Part shown: positions 28,886-39,014 of the stretch, piece by piece
How the letters are laid out: each line of letters starts with the position of its first letter
Position numbering within the stretch: position 1 is the stretch's first letter
NCBI GenBank assembly: GCA_035362715.1
Contig: DAOSDU010000007.1
Span: 16,974 to 80,973 of the forward strand
Direction: 5' to 3'
DNA length: 64,000 nucleotides
Source of the DNA: Methanofastidiosum sp.
GTDB taxonomy: Archaea; Methanobacteriota_B; Thermococci; Methanofastidiosales; Methanofastidiosaceae
Program-made: the position numbers and the translations under genes
The notes under the pieces: model-generated
Databases searched by the model: none
What the model saw: the letters and a program-made list of their open reading frames with translations, nothing else
Told to the model about the DNA's origin: nothing

Positions 28886-31174
28886 ATGGCAGTTTCTGAG
28901 GGTTATAATTATGATAAGGGTGGTAGTACTGATTATGCAGAAGAGCCATTAAATTTGTCAGATAATGCGATAAAAGTATTAGAAAGGAGATATCTAAAAA
29001 AGGATCAAGAAGGAAATGTCATAGAAACTCCAAATGATCTCTTTTTAAGAGTATCAAAAAGTATCGCAATAGCTGATTTACTTTATGACGAAAATGCAGA
29101 TGTTGACGGATTAACTAAAGAGTTTTATGAAATGATGACAAATTTTGAGTTCCTTCCAAATTCACCTACATTGATGAACGCCGGGAGAGAACTTGGCCAA
29201 TTATCGGCATGTTTTGTTTTGCCTGTTGAAGATTCAATTGATAGTATCTTTGACGCAATAAAATACACAGCTTTGATCCACAAAAGTGGTGGCGGAACAG
29301 GCTTTTCATTCTCAAGACTCAGACCTAAAAATGATGTAGTCCTGACAACTAAAGGTATATCAAGTGGCCCAGTTTCCTTTATGACGGTATTTGACACAGC
29401 TACAGAAACGATAAAACAGGGTGGAACAAGAAGAGGGGCCAATATGGCAATTTTGAGGGTGGACCACCCTGATATCCTAGAATTCATTAAATGTAAAGAA
29501 GAGAATACTAAACTTAATAATTTTAATATATCCGTGGCGATTACAGATAAGTTCATAGAAGCATTTGAAAATGGAAAAGACTATGAACTTTTAAATCCAA
29601 GAACGGGGAAAGTAGACGGTAAATTAAGTGCAAAAGAAGTTTTTAATCTAATAGTGCATATGGCTTGGAAAAATGGAGAACCCGGCATAGTATTTATCGA
29701 TAGGCTAAACAGAGGGAATCCAACTCCCGCTATAGGTGAAATTGAAAGTACTAACCCCTGCGGAGAACAACCTCTCCTCCCTTATGAATCTTGTAATCTT
29801 GGTTCTATAAATCTTTCAAAATTTTTAAAGAAAACTAATAAAGGATATGAAATAGATTTTGACCATTTAAGAGAAGTTGTAAAGAAGTCTGTCCATTTCC
29901 TAGATAATGTTATTGATGTTAATAGATATCCTTTGGCTCAAATTGAAGACATGACAAAAGGCAACAGGAAAATAGGATTAGGAGTCATGGGATTTGCAGA
30001 CATGCTTCTAAAACTAGGGGTACCATACAATTCAGAAGATGCAGTCGATCTTGCAAAAATCGTAATGAAGTTCGTTAAAGAAGAAGCTACTGAAACTTCA
30101 AGAGAACTTGCTTCAAAGAGGGGACCTTTTCCAAATTTTGAAAATAGTGTATTTCATGACAGAAGAGAAATGCCAATTAGAAATGCCACTGTAACTACAA
30201 TAGCACCAACTGGTACTATAAGTCTCATAGCAGGTAGCTCCAGTGGAATAGAGCCTATATTCGCAATATCCTACATCCGAAATGTTATGGATAAAGATGA
30301 GCTTTTAGAGATTAATCCTGTTTTTGCAGAAATATCCAATGAGCGAGGAATTTACAATCAAGAGCTAATGAAGAGAATTGCAAGGGAAGGTACTTTAAAG
30401 AATATAGAAGAAATACCTGAAGACATTAAAAAAATATTTGTAACTGCTCACGATATTGTTCCAGAATGGCATATAAGAATTCAAGCGGCATTTCAAGAGT
30501 ACACCGATAACGCAGTTTCAAAAACCATTAATTTTCCAAAAAGTGCAACTGAAAAGGATGTCATGCAAGCTTATCTATTAGCTTACAGAAGTGGGCTCAA
30601 GGGAACTACTATATATAGGGATGGATCTAGAGACGAACAAGTTTTGAATATTGGGAAAGTTAATAAAAAAGAAACTTCTATCCAAAAAGCCCCAAGGCCA
30701 AGACCAAAAGTAACTAAAGGATTCACTGAAAAGATAAGAACTGGTTGCGGTAATCTTTATGTTACTATAAACGAGGATGAATATGGGCTTTGCGAAATAT
30801 TTATGCAAATGGGTAAATCTGGAGGTTGTCCCGCAAGTCAGAATGAAGCAATAGCAAGGTTAATATCATTGGCCTTGAGATCTGGAATAGGAATTGAGTC
30901 TATATTGGAGCAGTTAAGACATATCAGATGTCCAATGCCTACATGGGACGAGGGTATGCCAGTTCATTCTTGTGCCGATGCAATAGCTATAGTTTTGGAT
31001 AGGTATATTAAGAAAGAACTAAACACAAAACAAGAAAGACTAGATTTGGTAGTAACCTCAAACGGGACAGCTAATAGTAATGGAATGCCAGCGCAATGTC
31101 CAGAATGTGGTGAAGTATTAGTATTCTCTGAAGGTTGTGTAAGCTGCAAATGTTGTGGATATACAAAATGTTAA
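28886..31174 (+). CDS. nrdJ: adenosylcobalamin-dependent (class II) ribonucleotide reductase
   Basis: PNSPTLMN, SACF, TNPCGEQPL, IAPTGT, C-terminal SCADA (TSCPD-like) domain and Zn ribbon. Confidence 0.95.
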   Translation: MAVSEGYNYDKGGSTDYAEEPLNLSDNAIKVLERRYLKKDQEGNVIETPNDLFLRVSKSIAIADLLYDENADVDGLTKEFYEMMTNFEFLPNSPTLMNAGRELGQLSACFVLPVEDSIDSIFDAIKYTALIHKSGGGTGFSFSRLRPKNDVVLTTKGISSGPVSFMTVFDTATETIKQGGTRRGANMAILRVDHPDILEFIKCKEENTKLNNFNISVAITDKFIEAFENGKDYELLNPRTGKVDGKLSAKEVFNLIVHMAWKNGEPGIVFIDRLNRGNPTPAIGEIESTNPCGEQPLLPYESCNLGSINLSKFLKKTNKGYEIDFDHLREVVKKSVHFLDNVIDVNRYPLAQIEDMTKGNRKIGLGVMGFADMLLKLGVPYNSEDAVDLAKIVMKFVKEEATETSRELASKRGPFPNFENSVFHDRREMPIRNATVTTIAPTGTISLIAGSSSGIEPIFAISYIRNVMDKDELLEINPVFAEISNERGIYNQELMKRIAREGTLKNIEEIPEDIKKIFVTAHDIVPEWHIRIQAAFQEYTDNAVSKTINFPKSATEKDVMQAYLLAYRSGLKGTTIYRDGSRDEQVLNIGKVNKKETSIQKAPRPRPKVTKGFTEKIRTGCGNLYVTINEDEYGLCEIFMQMGKSGGCPASQNEAIARLISLALRSGIGIESILEQLRHIRCPMPTWDEGMPVHSCADAIAIVLDRYIKKELNTKQERLDLVVTSNGTANSNGMPAQCPECGEVLVFSEGCVSCKCCGYTKC

Positions 31175-31316
31175 ATTCCATTTTTATTTTCATAATTTAT
31201 ATTTAGAATAATTCTTATATCAATTAGTTCAATATATTTTAATTTTTATAGATAATTCTTAATTTAAATAAGAAAGCTTAAAAACTATTATCTCTAAATA
31301 TGCTAAAGGAATCCTA

Positions 31317-32849
31317 ATGAGAAGCTTCTATCGAAAACGGCCTAGAATACACTTAAAACAAAATTTAATTATTAAAAAAAATGAAAAAGATAATGCCTTA
31401 GATTTAGATGAATACACACCTAAAAACGATTCTAAAAAAATCAATAGGAATACAACCCAAGAAATATCTTCAAGTAATAATGTTAATGGGAGAAATTATT
31501 CTAATAAATTTGATATTTTGGTGATTGAAGATAATCTTGAAATATTAGAAATGTTAAAAGATACTTTGGAGTCAGTCACTCATTACAATTTTAATGTAAC
31601 TTGTTCACAAAATGCTGAAGAAGCAATGGAAAAAATAGAAAACTCTAATTTTGATTTAATAATATCTGATAACGTCTTGCCTGGAATGTCAGGAATAGAT
31701 CTTTTGACAAAGGTAAAGGATCAGTATCCTTCCATATTAAGAATTTTAATAACTGGGTATTCTGATTTAGAAGTTGTAAAAGATGCAATTAACAGGGCTG
31801 CTGTAAATGCATACATTGAAAAACCATTTGGCTACAAAGAACTAACTGAAAAAGTAATTGACATATTAAAGGAAAAAAATGTTCTTCAAAGAAGACAAGA
31901 TTTAACTTCTTTGGAAAAAATTTATGAATCAGAAGGTGGACCCGAATTCTTTAGTTCTCTATTTTCCTTTACCCCAAAAGATTGTGAAATCCATACTGTC
32001 GTAGAAAAGAGTGAAGAAGATTTAGCGATTAAATACAGTCAAGAAAGAATTGATGTACTTTCAAATTATGGCATAATAAAAAAAGTGAAGAATCTTCCAC
32101 TAATTATCAAATGCCCAAATTGCCAATCATATGACTATAAAATTGTTTTAAAATGTCCTTCGTGTACATCTGAAAATTTAGTAAAAGGAGAGATTATTGA
32201 ACATTACAGTTGCTCTACTATTAATTTTTCCAATAAATTTATGAAAGAGGGCAAACTTATTTGTCCAAAATGTAACCAAGAATTAAGGAGACTCGGGGTA
32301 GATTATAGAAAAATTGGAAATTGGGTATTCTGTGAGAAATGTAGTGATTTTTATGGCGAAGCAAATATTAGTCTAAGATGCAACAGTTGTAAAACACTTT
32401 ATACAGTAAATGAATCAATTTGGGAAGAAGAGGAGAAAATTGTTCCCGACAGAGCAAAAATATTGAAATTAATAAGGAGACTAAGTATTCTGAGCGAAAT
32501 AGAAAAAGAATTGAGAGATAAAGGATTAGATGTTAGGAGGAATATACTACTTAATCATAAGGGCATTGAAAAGAAATTTGATATGGGTGCCTTTAGAGAC
32601 CTGAAAGACGAAGATCCTTTTGTGGTTTTTGATATTTATATTGACCCACGAGGTATTTTTTCAGATGAAATAAAAACATTTTATAATAAAACTAAAGACA
32701 TAAATTATGCTAAAGCTTTTTTTGTTGCAGTTCCTAAAATAGATAATAGTTATAAAAAAACTTTTAATGATTTAAAAATTAACACTATTGAGATTGATGA
32801 TTCAAGTTCTGTTATTGAAGCTTTTGAATCATTGGAATTACCTTCATAA
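31317..32849 (+). CDS. response regulator: REC + multi-CxxC (TackOD1-like) + PD-(D/E)XK-like C-terminal domain
   Basis: IEDN...ISDNVLPGMSG...ITG...EKP receiver; CPNC, CPSC, EHYSC, CPKC-GVDY, CEKC, CNSC. Confidence 0.8.
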   Translation: MRSFYRKRPRIHLKQNLIIKKNEKDNALDLDEYTPKNDSKKINRNTTQEISSSNNVNGRNYSNKFDILVIEDNLEILEMLKDTLESVTHYNFNVTCSQNAEEAMEKIENSNFDLIISDNVLPGMSGIDLLTKVKDQYPSILRILITGYSDLEVVKDAINRAAVNAYIEKPFGYKELTEKVIDILKEKNVLQRRQDLTSLEKIYESEGGPEFFSSLFSFTPKDCEIHTVVEKSEEDLAIKYSQERIDVLSNYGIIKKVKNLPLIIKCPNCQSYDYKIVLKCPSCTSENLVKGEIIEHYSCSTINFSNKFMKEGKLICPKCNQELRRLGVDYRKIGNWVFCEKCSDFYGEANISLRCNSCKTLYTVNESIWEEEEKIVPDRAKILKLIRRLSILSEIEKELRDKGLDVRRNILLNHKGIEKKFDMGAFRDLKDEDPFVVFDIYIDPRGIFSDEIKTFYNKTKDINYAKAFFVAVPKIDNSYKKTFNDLKINTIEIDDSSSVIEAFESLELPS

Positions 32850-32871
32850 ATGCACAGCCTTAGTGAAATAG

Positions 32872-34134
32872 ATGATATTAGAAATAATAGAAAAATACTT
32901 TGAGTTTTTTGGATTTTCACTTATTACGGGTATCCAAATGTCTTTATTTCTAATATTACTTGATAGTACTCGAAGCATAGTTAAAACTATCTTCATTATA
33001 CTAGGGAGAATTAGAGAAATCCTAAATCCCCTACCAGAACTAAAATTTCTACCTTCTATCTCCATAATTGTACCCATGCATAACGAAGAATCAAAGATTG
33101 AAGAATGTATTCTTTCTTTGATAGAGGCTAGTTATCCGGCAGATATAAAGGAGATTATTATAATCGATGACGGCTCAACGGATAGGTCATATTACAAATC
33201 TTTACCTTATGCAAGACGTGGCCAGATAAAACTTTTTAAAAGAGAAACAAAGAGTGGCTCTAAAAGCGGTGCAATAAATTATGGATTATTAATTGCAAAA
33301 CACGAGATTGTTATAGTAGTGGATGCAGATACAAAACTAGAGATAGATTCACTAATTGAAATAGTAAAACCGTTCTCAGATAAAGATGTAATGGCAGTTG
33401 CTGGAAATATTAAGGTTGAAAATAGAAATAATATTCTTGCAAATTGTCAAGCTTATGAGTATACGATGTCAATGGAAATTGGTAAAAGAATACAGTCACT
33501 TTTTAGAACAATACTTATAGTCCCGGGAGCCTTTGGTGCATTTCGAATGAATTTTGTTAGTACAGTCGGAGACTATGACTATGATACTGTAACTGAAGAC
33601 TTTGATTTAACATTTAAGGTATTGAAAAGGGCAAAAGTCTTTTTTGCCCCAGACGCCATAGCATGGACAATATGCCCAGATAAATTAACTACCTGGTATC
33701 GCCAAAGAGTCAGGTGGTCAAGAGGGGAAATTGAAACTCTTTGGAAGCATAGGGACCTTTTCTTTAGAAAGCATTTTGGATTTTTAGGAATGGTGGCAGC
33801 GCCAGATATGGTATTAATGGATATTGTTTTCTTAAGCCTTAGATTTGTTAATATTTTATTCATATTGTTAGTTTTACCTGTTCTATTTACTTTTGATAAA
33901 TACTTCGAGTATCTTATTTTTTATTTTAGGGTTTCTTTGATGATATTTTGTTCTTACATGATATTTGAATTAATATCCGTTTTAACTGCTTTAGTAGTTG
34001 TAAAAGAGAAGAAGGACCTTTCCTATTTTCTAATTTCTCCAATAATTATCATTTTCTATAGGCCTTTGTATGCATTTGTTAGATTCAAAGGATATTTAGA
34101 TTTTATCTTTAGGAGAGATCCAGTGTGGAGATAA
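32872..34134 (+). CDS. processive GT2 glycosyltransferase (PgaC/cellulose-synthase-like)
   Basis: DDGS, KSGAIN, DAD, QAYEY, TED, QRVRW, C-terminal TMs. Confidence 0.9.
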   Translation: MILEIIEKYFEFFGFSLITGIQMSLFLILLDSTRSIVKTIFIILGRIREILNPLPELKFLPSISIIVPMHNEESKIEECILSLIEASYPADIKEIIIIDDGSTDRSYYKSLPYARRGQIKLFKRETKSGSKSGAINYGLLIAKHEIVIVVDADTKLEIDSLIEIVKPFSDKDVMAVAGNIKVENRNNILANCQAYEYTMSMEIGKRIQSLFRTILIVPGAFGAFRMNFVSTVGDYDYDTVTEDFDLTFKVLKRAKVFFAPDAIAWTICPDKLTTWYRQRVRWSRGEIETLWKHRDLFFRKHFGFLGMVAAPDMVLMDIVFLSLRFVNILFILLVLPVLFTFDKYFEYLIFYFRVSLMIFCSYMIFELISVLTALVVVKEKKDLSYFLISPIIIIFYRPLYAFVRFKGYLDFIFRRDPVWR

Positions 34135-34142
34135 GTTAAATT

Positions 34143-34547
34143 TTATTTATCTATTACTTCTTTAATGAATTCTATGTATTCATTTATGTTCATTAAATTT
34201 ATTTTTTCATCAAGGTCTGAGGATTTAATCTTGCATATCCATGAATCGTATGGTTTAGTATTCAAAAGATCGGGCGAATTTTCAATTTCTTTATTAGTTT
34301 CTATTATTGTTCCAGACATAGGGGAAAAAATATCCAACACAGTCTTAACAGATTCGATTTGGCATAATAATCCAAATTGTTTGACATTAGTACCTATTGC
34401 AGGAAGTTCGATATAAGCTATTTCTCCTATCTCCCTTTGAGAATAATCATCTATCCCGATAATACATATATCGCCTTCAATTTTCATCCATTCATGTGTT
34501 TTAGAGTAAAATAAATCATCTCTAAAGAAATATGTTCCTATCTCCAA
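34143..34547 (-). CDS. gcvH: glycine cleavage H-like lipoyl carrier
   Basis: HEW, IGIDDY, IESVKT (lipoyl Lys), PMSG, PYDSW. Confidence 0.9.
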   Translation of the reverse strand: MEIGTYFFRDDLFYSKTHEWMKIEGDICIIGIDDYSQREIGEIAYIELPAIGTNVKQFGLLCQIESVKTVLDIFSPMSGTIIETNKEIENSPDLLNTKPYDSWICKIKSSDLDEKINLMNINEYIEFIKEVIDK

Positions 34548-34663
34548 ATAAACACCAGCCTTTTCTCTTCTTTTTTACTTAAATCTTTATCGATAATTAT
34601 TAATATTCTAAAGAGCAAACATTTATAAATATTATGAATAATTATTCATAAAGAGGTGTATCT

Positions 34664-35011
34664 ATGAAGGTAGCCATAGCAACTGACGACAAAGTGACTA
34701 TATCTCATCACTTTGGTAGAACTCTGGGGTTCAGAGTTTTTGAAATAAAAGAAAACGCCATAATTAGAGAAGAATACCGACAAAATATTGGAAAAAGTAA
34801 CGGGCAGTGTGGCAGTTGTGACCATTCAAGTATGATTAATAACATACAAGACTGTAATTTAGTCATATGTTATGGAATGGGGCAAGGAATATATAATGAC
34901 TTAGTTAAACATAACATAATGGCTGTAATCACTGAGGAACAAACAGTAGATGACGCCATTAGTTGCCTAATGAAAGATGACTTAGTAAACAGACTTGACA
35001 AATTGCATTAA
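34664..35011 (+). CDS. NifB/NifX-family cluster-binding protein
   Basis: MKVAIAT...HHFGR...ICYGMGQG. Confidence 0.85.
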   Translation: MKVAIATDDKVTISHHFGRTLGFRVFEIKENAIIREEYRQNIGKSNGQCGSCDHSSMINNIQDCNLVICYGMGQGIYNDLVKHNIMAVITEEQTVDDAISCLMKDDLVNRLDKLH

Positions 35012-35123
35012 TGAATTATTAAATATTTTTTTATTTATATTTTATATCTAATTAGGTACCATACTTGGGGTATTAAAAATATATTTAAATAATACTCCAT
35101 TTTTGTATTTAGAGACGATTTAT

Positions 35124-36479
35124 ATGAAACTTGTAATTGTTGGGGGAGGCGCAGCAGGTTCAGAAGCAGCGCTAGAAGCAAGGAAATTTGATAAAAATGC
35201 AGAAATTACATTAATTGAAAAACAAAATTTTCCCCAATATTCATTATGCGGCCTCCCATATGCGGTATCTGGCGATATCGAAAACTTTGATAAGCTTATA
35301 ATATTTCCAAAAGAATTCTATGAAAAACAAAAAATTAAACTTTTGCTCCAAAAGGAAATTAAGAAAATAAATCCCAATGATAAAAAAGTAATTCTTGAAG
35401 ATAATTCTGAAATAAGCTATGATTCGTTGATTCTGGCAACTGGCGCTATCCCCTGCAATTATAAAATTGGCTATAAATATCCCGAAGGTATCTATTTCAT
35501 AAGAACTCTAGATGATGCAATAAATCTATCTAAAAAAATAGAAGCTTCAAAAAAAGCAATTATATATGCATACGGATGGGGGTGCAAAGCAGCATGTAAA
35601 GGGTGCATTTCTGGCAGAATATCCTTAGAAATGGCGTATGCTCTGAAGAATAGAGGGCTTGATGTAACTATTGTTTCTAACGAAAATAGGCCATTAAGAC
35701 AGCAGATCGATATGGACATGAGTGAATTAATTGTAGATTATTTGAAGGGCAAAGGTATAAATCTGATAACCGATAAGAATGTTATTAATATAGCTGGCGA
35801 GGATAAAGTTCAAGGCTTGATTGCCGACAATGAATTAATAGATGCAGACATCATCATAATGGCTTCTGGAACCAGAACAAATACTTATTTAGCTAAAGAT
35901 TGTGGAATTGAGATTCAAAAAGGAATAAAAACAGATTCAAGACTTCAAACATCAATTGGTGGCATATATGCTTGCGGGGATTGCGCAAGCGTTAAATATT
36001 TTTTCACAGGTGAGCAATTTTCTTCAAGCCTAGGAACAAATGCTGTTAGGGGTGGAAAAATTGCTGGAATAAATTCTGTTGGGGGAAATTTAGAATTAAA
36101 TCCCGTAATTAATCTTACAATAATGGATTTCTTCGATTTAAAAATTGGGGCATTTGGATTAACAGAAGATAATTTATCTACTATGGGGATAGAATACGTC
36201 AAGGCTAGATACAAAGGTAAGTCTAGGGCAGAATATTATCCGGGATATAAAGATATAATTATCAAAATTCTAGCGTCTACTGAAGGTGATATATTGGGAT
36301 TCCAAGCTATAGGCGAAGAAGGTATATTTGCTAGAACACTTGCAGTAGGGTTTGCTGTTCAAAAAGGTATTAAGATCAATGATTTGGCGAAAATCGAGAA
36401 TTGTTATAGCCCACCTTTGTCTCCAACTATAGATCCTGTTCAAATTTGTGCTGAACTTGTACTTAAAAAATTAAAATAA
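35124..36479 (+). CDS. CoA-disulfide reductase/NADH oxidase-like flavoprotein with Cys-rich insertion
   Basis: GGGAAG FAD motif, YSLCGLPY redox Cys, ATG motif, YACGDC, YSPP; second Rossmann motif altered. Confidence 0.85.
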   Translation: MKLVIVGGGAAGSEAALEARKFDKNAEITLIEKQNFPQYSLCGLPYAVSGDIENFDKLIIFPKEFYEKQKIKLLLQKEIKKINPNDKKVILEDNSEISYDSLILATGAIPCNYKIGYKYPEGIYFIRTLDDAINLSKKIEASKKAIIYAYGWGCKAACKGCISGRISLEMAYALKNRGLDVTIVSNENRPLRQQIDMDMSELIVDYLKGKGINLITDKNVINIAGEDKVQGLIADNELIDADIIIMASGTRTNTYLAKDCGIEIQKGIKTDSRLQTSIGGIYACGDCASVKYFFTGEQFSSSLGTNAVRGGKIAGINSVGGNLELNPVINLTIMDFFDLKIGAFGLTEDNLSTMGIEYVKARYKGKSRAEYYPGYKDIIIKILASTEGDILGFQAIGEEGIFARTLAVGFAVQKGIKINDLAKIENCYSPPLSPTIDPVQICAELVLKKLK

Positions 36480-36491
36480 TTTATATTTTTC

Positions 36492-37046
36492 CTAAGTTCC
36501 CCATCTTTTGAATAAATTGTTTTCTACACCAACTTGATCTAAAATCCTTCCAACTACAAAATTTGTAATTTCATCTATATTTTTGGGCTTATGGTAGAAA
36601 GCTGGCATTGCAGGTAGTATAACGGCACCCTCGTCAGATAGAGTTGCCATGTTTTTTAGATTTATTGAAGTCAAGGGTGTTTCTCGTGGAACAATAACCA
36701 ATTTTCTTTTTTCTTTTAGAGATACAGCTGCAGCTCTGGTAATCAGATTATCTTGAATACCTACGGCTATCTTGGAAATAGTTGAAATTGTAGCGGGGCA
36801 TATGACCATATAATCAAACGGGTAGCTCCCCGAAGCAACAGGCGCTTCCATTTCACTATTTTTGTATACTTTGTATGCATATTTATTTAATTTATCTGAC
36901 TCATAATTTGTTTCATCCTTAATTATTTTCTTTGCACTTTCACTTACAATTAAATGCACGTTGCCTTTCAAATTTTCCAACAATTTGATGCCGTATATAA
37001 CTCCACTTGCACCAGTTATCGCAAGAATTCCTTCCATAAAATACAT
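36492..37046 (-). CDS. ubiX: flavin prenyltransferase
   Basis: ITGASG, ASGS, PRETP, LPAMPAFY. Confidence 0.92.
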   Translation of the reverse strand: MYFMEGILAITGASGVIYGIKLLENLKGNVHLIVSESAKKIIKDETNYESDKLNKYAYKVYKNSEMEAPVASGSYPFDYMVICPATISTISKIAVGIQDNLITRAAAVSLKEKRKLVIVPRETPLTSINLKNMATLSDEGAVILPAMPAFYHKPKNIDEITNFVVGRILDQVGVENNLFKRWGT

Positions 37047-37160
37047 ATGAATTGTAACTATTAAAGATTTACCTTTCTAAAATAAGGAATCTATTCCGAA
37101 AGTTATATAAGTTACACATCAAGATTGCTTCTATAATATAATCTTTTTAATGGTGAATCT

Positions 37161-39005
37161 ATGCGGATTCTTTTAATACATAGTGACTATTTAGAGTATG
37201 AAATTACTTCAAAGACAAAAATAGCTGAGGAGATTGAAGATTCTTTAAAGAAAGGCAGAATGGAAGATTGTCTTTCGGTCTTCGTTGCTGTTGAAGAAGG
37301 TGACGATGATTCTGTGATTGATAAAGCATTTAATGAAGTTGCAGAAGTATCAAAATCTGTTAAATCAGAAAAAGTTTTTCTGTATCCATATGCGCATTTA
37401 AGCAATAATCTCGCATCTCCTGAAATAGCTATCAAATTATTGAAAGATCTAGAAAATAAATTAAAAACAGAATATGAGGTAAAAAGGGCACCTTTTGGTT
37501 ACTATAAAGCCTTTAAAGTATCATGTAAAGGCCATCCTCTATCTGAACTTTCTAGGAGTATTAAGTCTCAAGAAGACACCGAGGTCGTATCTGAAGCTTT
37601 GAAAGCTGAGGAAAGAATTAAATCTAGCTGGTTTATACTTGATCCTTCCTTAAATCTTATACCCCAAGAAAAGTTTGATTTTAAAAATCACGATAGCCTC
37701 AAAAAATTAGCAGAATATGAAGTTACTCACTCTAGGAAAGTCGATATGGTTCCACCGCATGTTGAATACATGAAAAATTTAGAGCTTGTTGATTATGAAA
37801 AAGGTTCAGACCCTGGAAATTTGAGGTGGTACCCAAAAGGTGTTCTAATTAAGAGGTTATTAGAAACTCGGGTTAACGATAGCATACTAGAATACGGGGG
37901 AATGGAAGTAGAAACACCGATAATGTACAGTATTACTCATCCAATGCTTTCTAAGTACCTAAATAGATTTCCGGCAAGGCAATATATAGTTAAATCGGGA
38001 AATGATGATTATTTCTTAAGATTTGCAGCATGTTTTGGCCAATATCTCATGAAACATGACATGATAATTTCTTACAAAGATCTTCCACTTAGATTATACG
38101 AATTAACACGTTACAGCTTCAGAAGAGAACAAAGGGGCGAGCTAGTAGGCTTAAGAAGATTAAGGGCTTTTACTATGCCAGATATGCATACTCTTGCTAC
38201 ATCCATGGACAGTGCAAAGAATGAGTTTATCGAGCAATTTAAATTATCGATGAAATGGATGGAAGGACTTAATTTAAATTATGAAGTTGCTATAAGATTT
38301 GTAAAATCATTTTATGACGAAAATACAGAATTTGTGGAAAGGCTTATGTCATTAATCAATAGGCCAGTTTTAGTTGAAATGTGGGATGAAAGGCCATTCT
38401 ATTTCGTGATGAAATTTGAGTTTAATTTTGTCGATTCCTTAAATAAAGCTTCAGCTCTTTCCACTGTTCAAATTGATATAGAAAATACAGAAAGATTTGA
38501 AATCAAATATTTTGACGAAGATGGAAAAGAAAAATACCCTTTGATGTTGCATGCTTCAATTTCAGGTGCAATTGAGAGAAATCTTTACGCACTTCTTGAA
38601 ACAGCATACTTAGAGTCTAAGAAAGGTAAGAAACCAATGCTTCCATTGTGGTTATCTCCTACCCAAGTAAGAGTTCTTCCTGTAGGCGAAGAGCAACTGG
38701 AATACTCATTCAAAATCTTGGAAGATTTAGAAAAATCAGGAATAAGGACCGATATAGATGATAGAGATTTGAGGCTTGGTAAGAAAATAAGAGATGCTGA
38801 AAAAGAGTGGGTTCCATATATTATAGTTATAGGTGATGAGGAAATTAAGAATTCCACAATTAACATTAGATCTAGAGAAGATTCATCTCAGAAGAATACT
38901 TCTGTAAATGAATTCAAAGCTAGCTTCTTAGATCTTATTAAAGGAAAACCAACAAGACCTTTACCTCTACCAAGAAGACTTTCTTTAAGAGCTAGTTTTA
39001 GGTAG
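37161..39005 (+). CDS. thrS: threonine--tRNA ligase (archaeal type)
   Basis: MRILLIHSD editing domain, YPYAHL, CKGHPLSE, FAACFG, MPDMH. Confidence 0.96.
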   Translation: MRILLIHSDYLEYEITSKTKIAEEIEDSLKKGRMEDCLSVFVAVEEGDDDSVIDKAFNEVAEVSKSVKSEKVFLYPYAHLSNNLASPEIAIKLLKDLENKLKTEYEVKRAPFGYYKAFKVSCKGHPLSELSRSIKSQEDTEVVSEALKAEERIKSSWFILDPSLNLIPQEKFDFKNHDSLKKLAEYEVTHSRKVDMVPPHVEYMKNLELVDYEKGSDPGNLRWYPKGVLIKRLLETRVNDSILEYGGMEVETPIMYSITHPMLSKYLNRFPARQYIVKSGNDDYFLRFAACFGQYLMKHDMIISYKDLPLRLYELTRYSFRREQRGELVGLRRLRAFTMPDMHTLATSMDSAKNEFIEQFKLSMKWMEGLNLNYEVAIRFVKSFYDENTEFVERLMSLINRPVLVEMWDERPFYFVMKFEFNFVDSLNKASALSTVQIDIENTERFEIKYFDEDGKEKYPLMLHASISGAIERNLYALLETAYLESKKGKKPMLPLWLSPTQVRVLPVGEEQLEYSFKILEDLEKSGIRTDIDDRDLRLGKKIRDAEKEWVPYIIVIGDEEIKNSTINIRSREDSSQKNTSVNEFKASFLDLIKGKPTRPLPLPRRLSLRASFR

Positions 39006-39014
39006 GATTATAAA

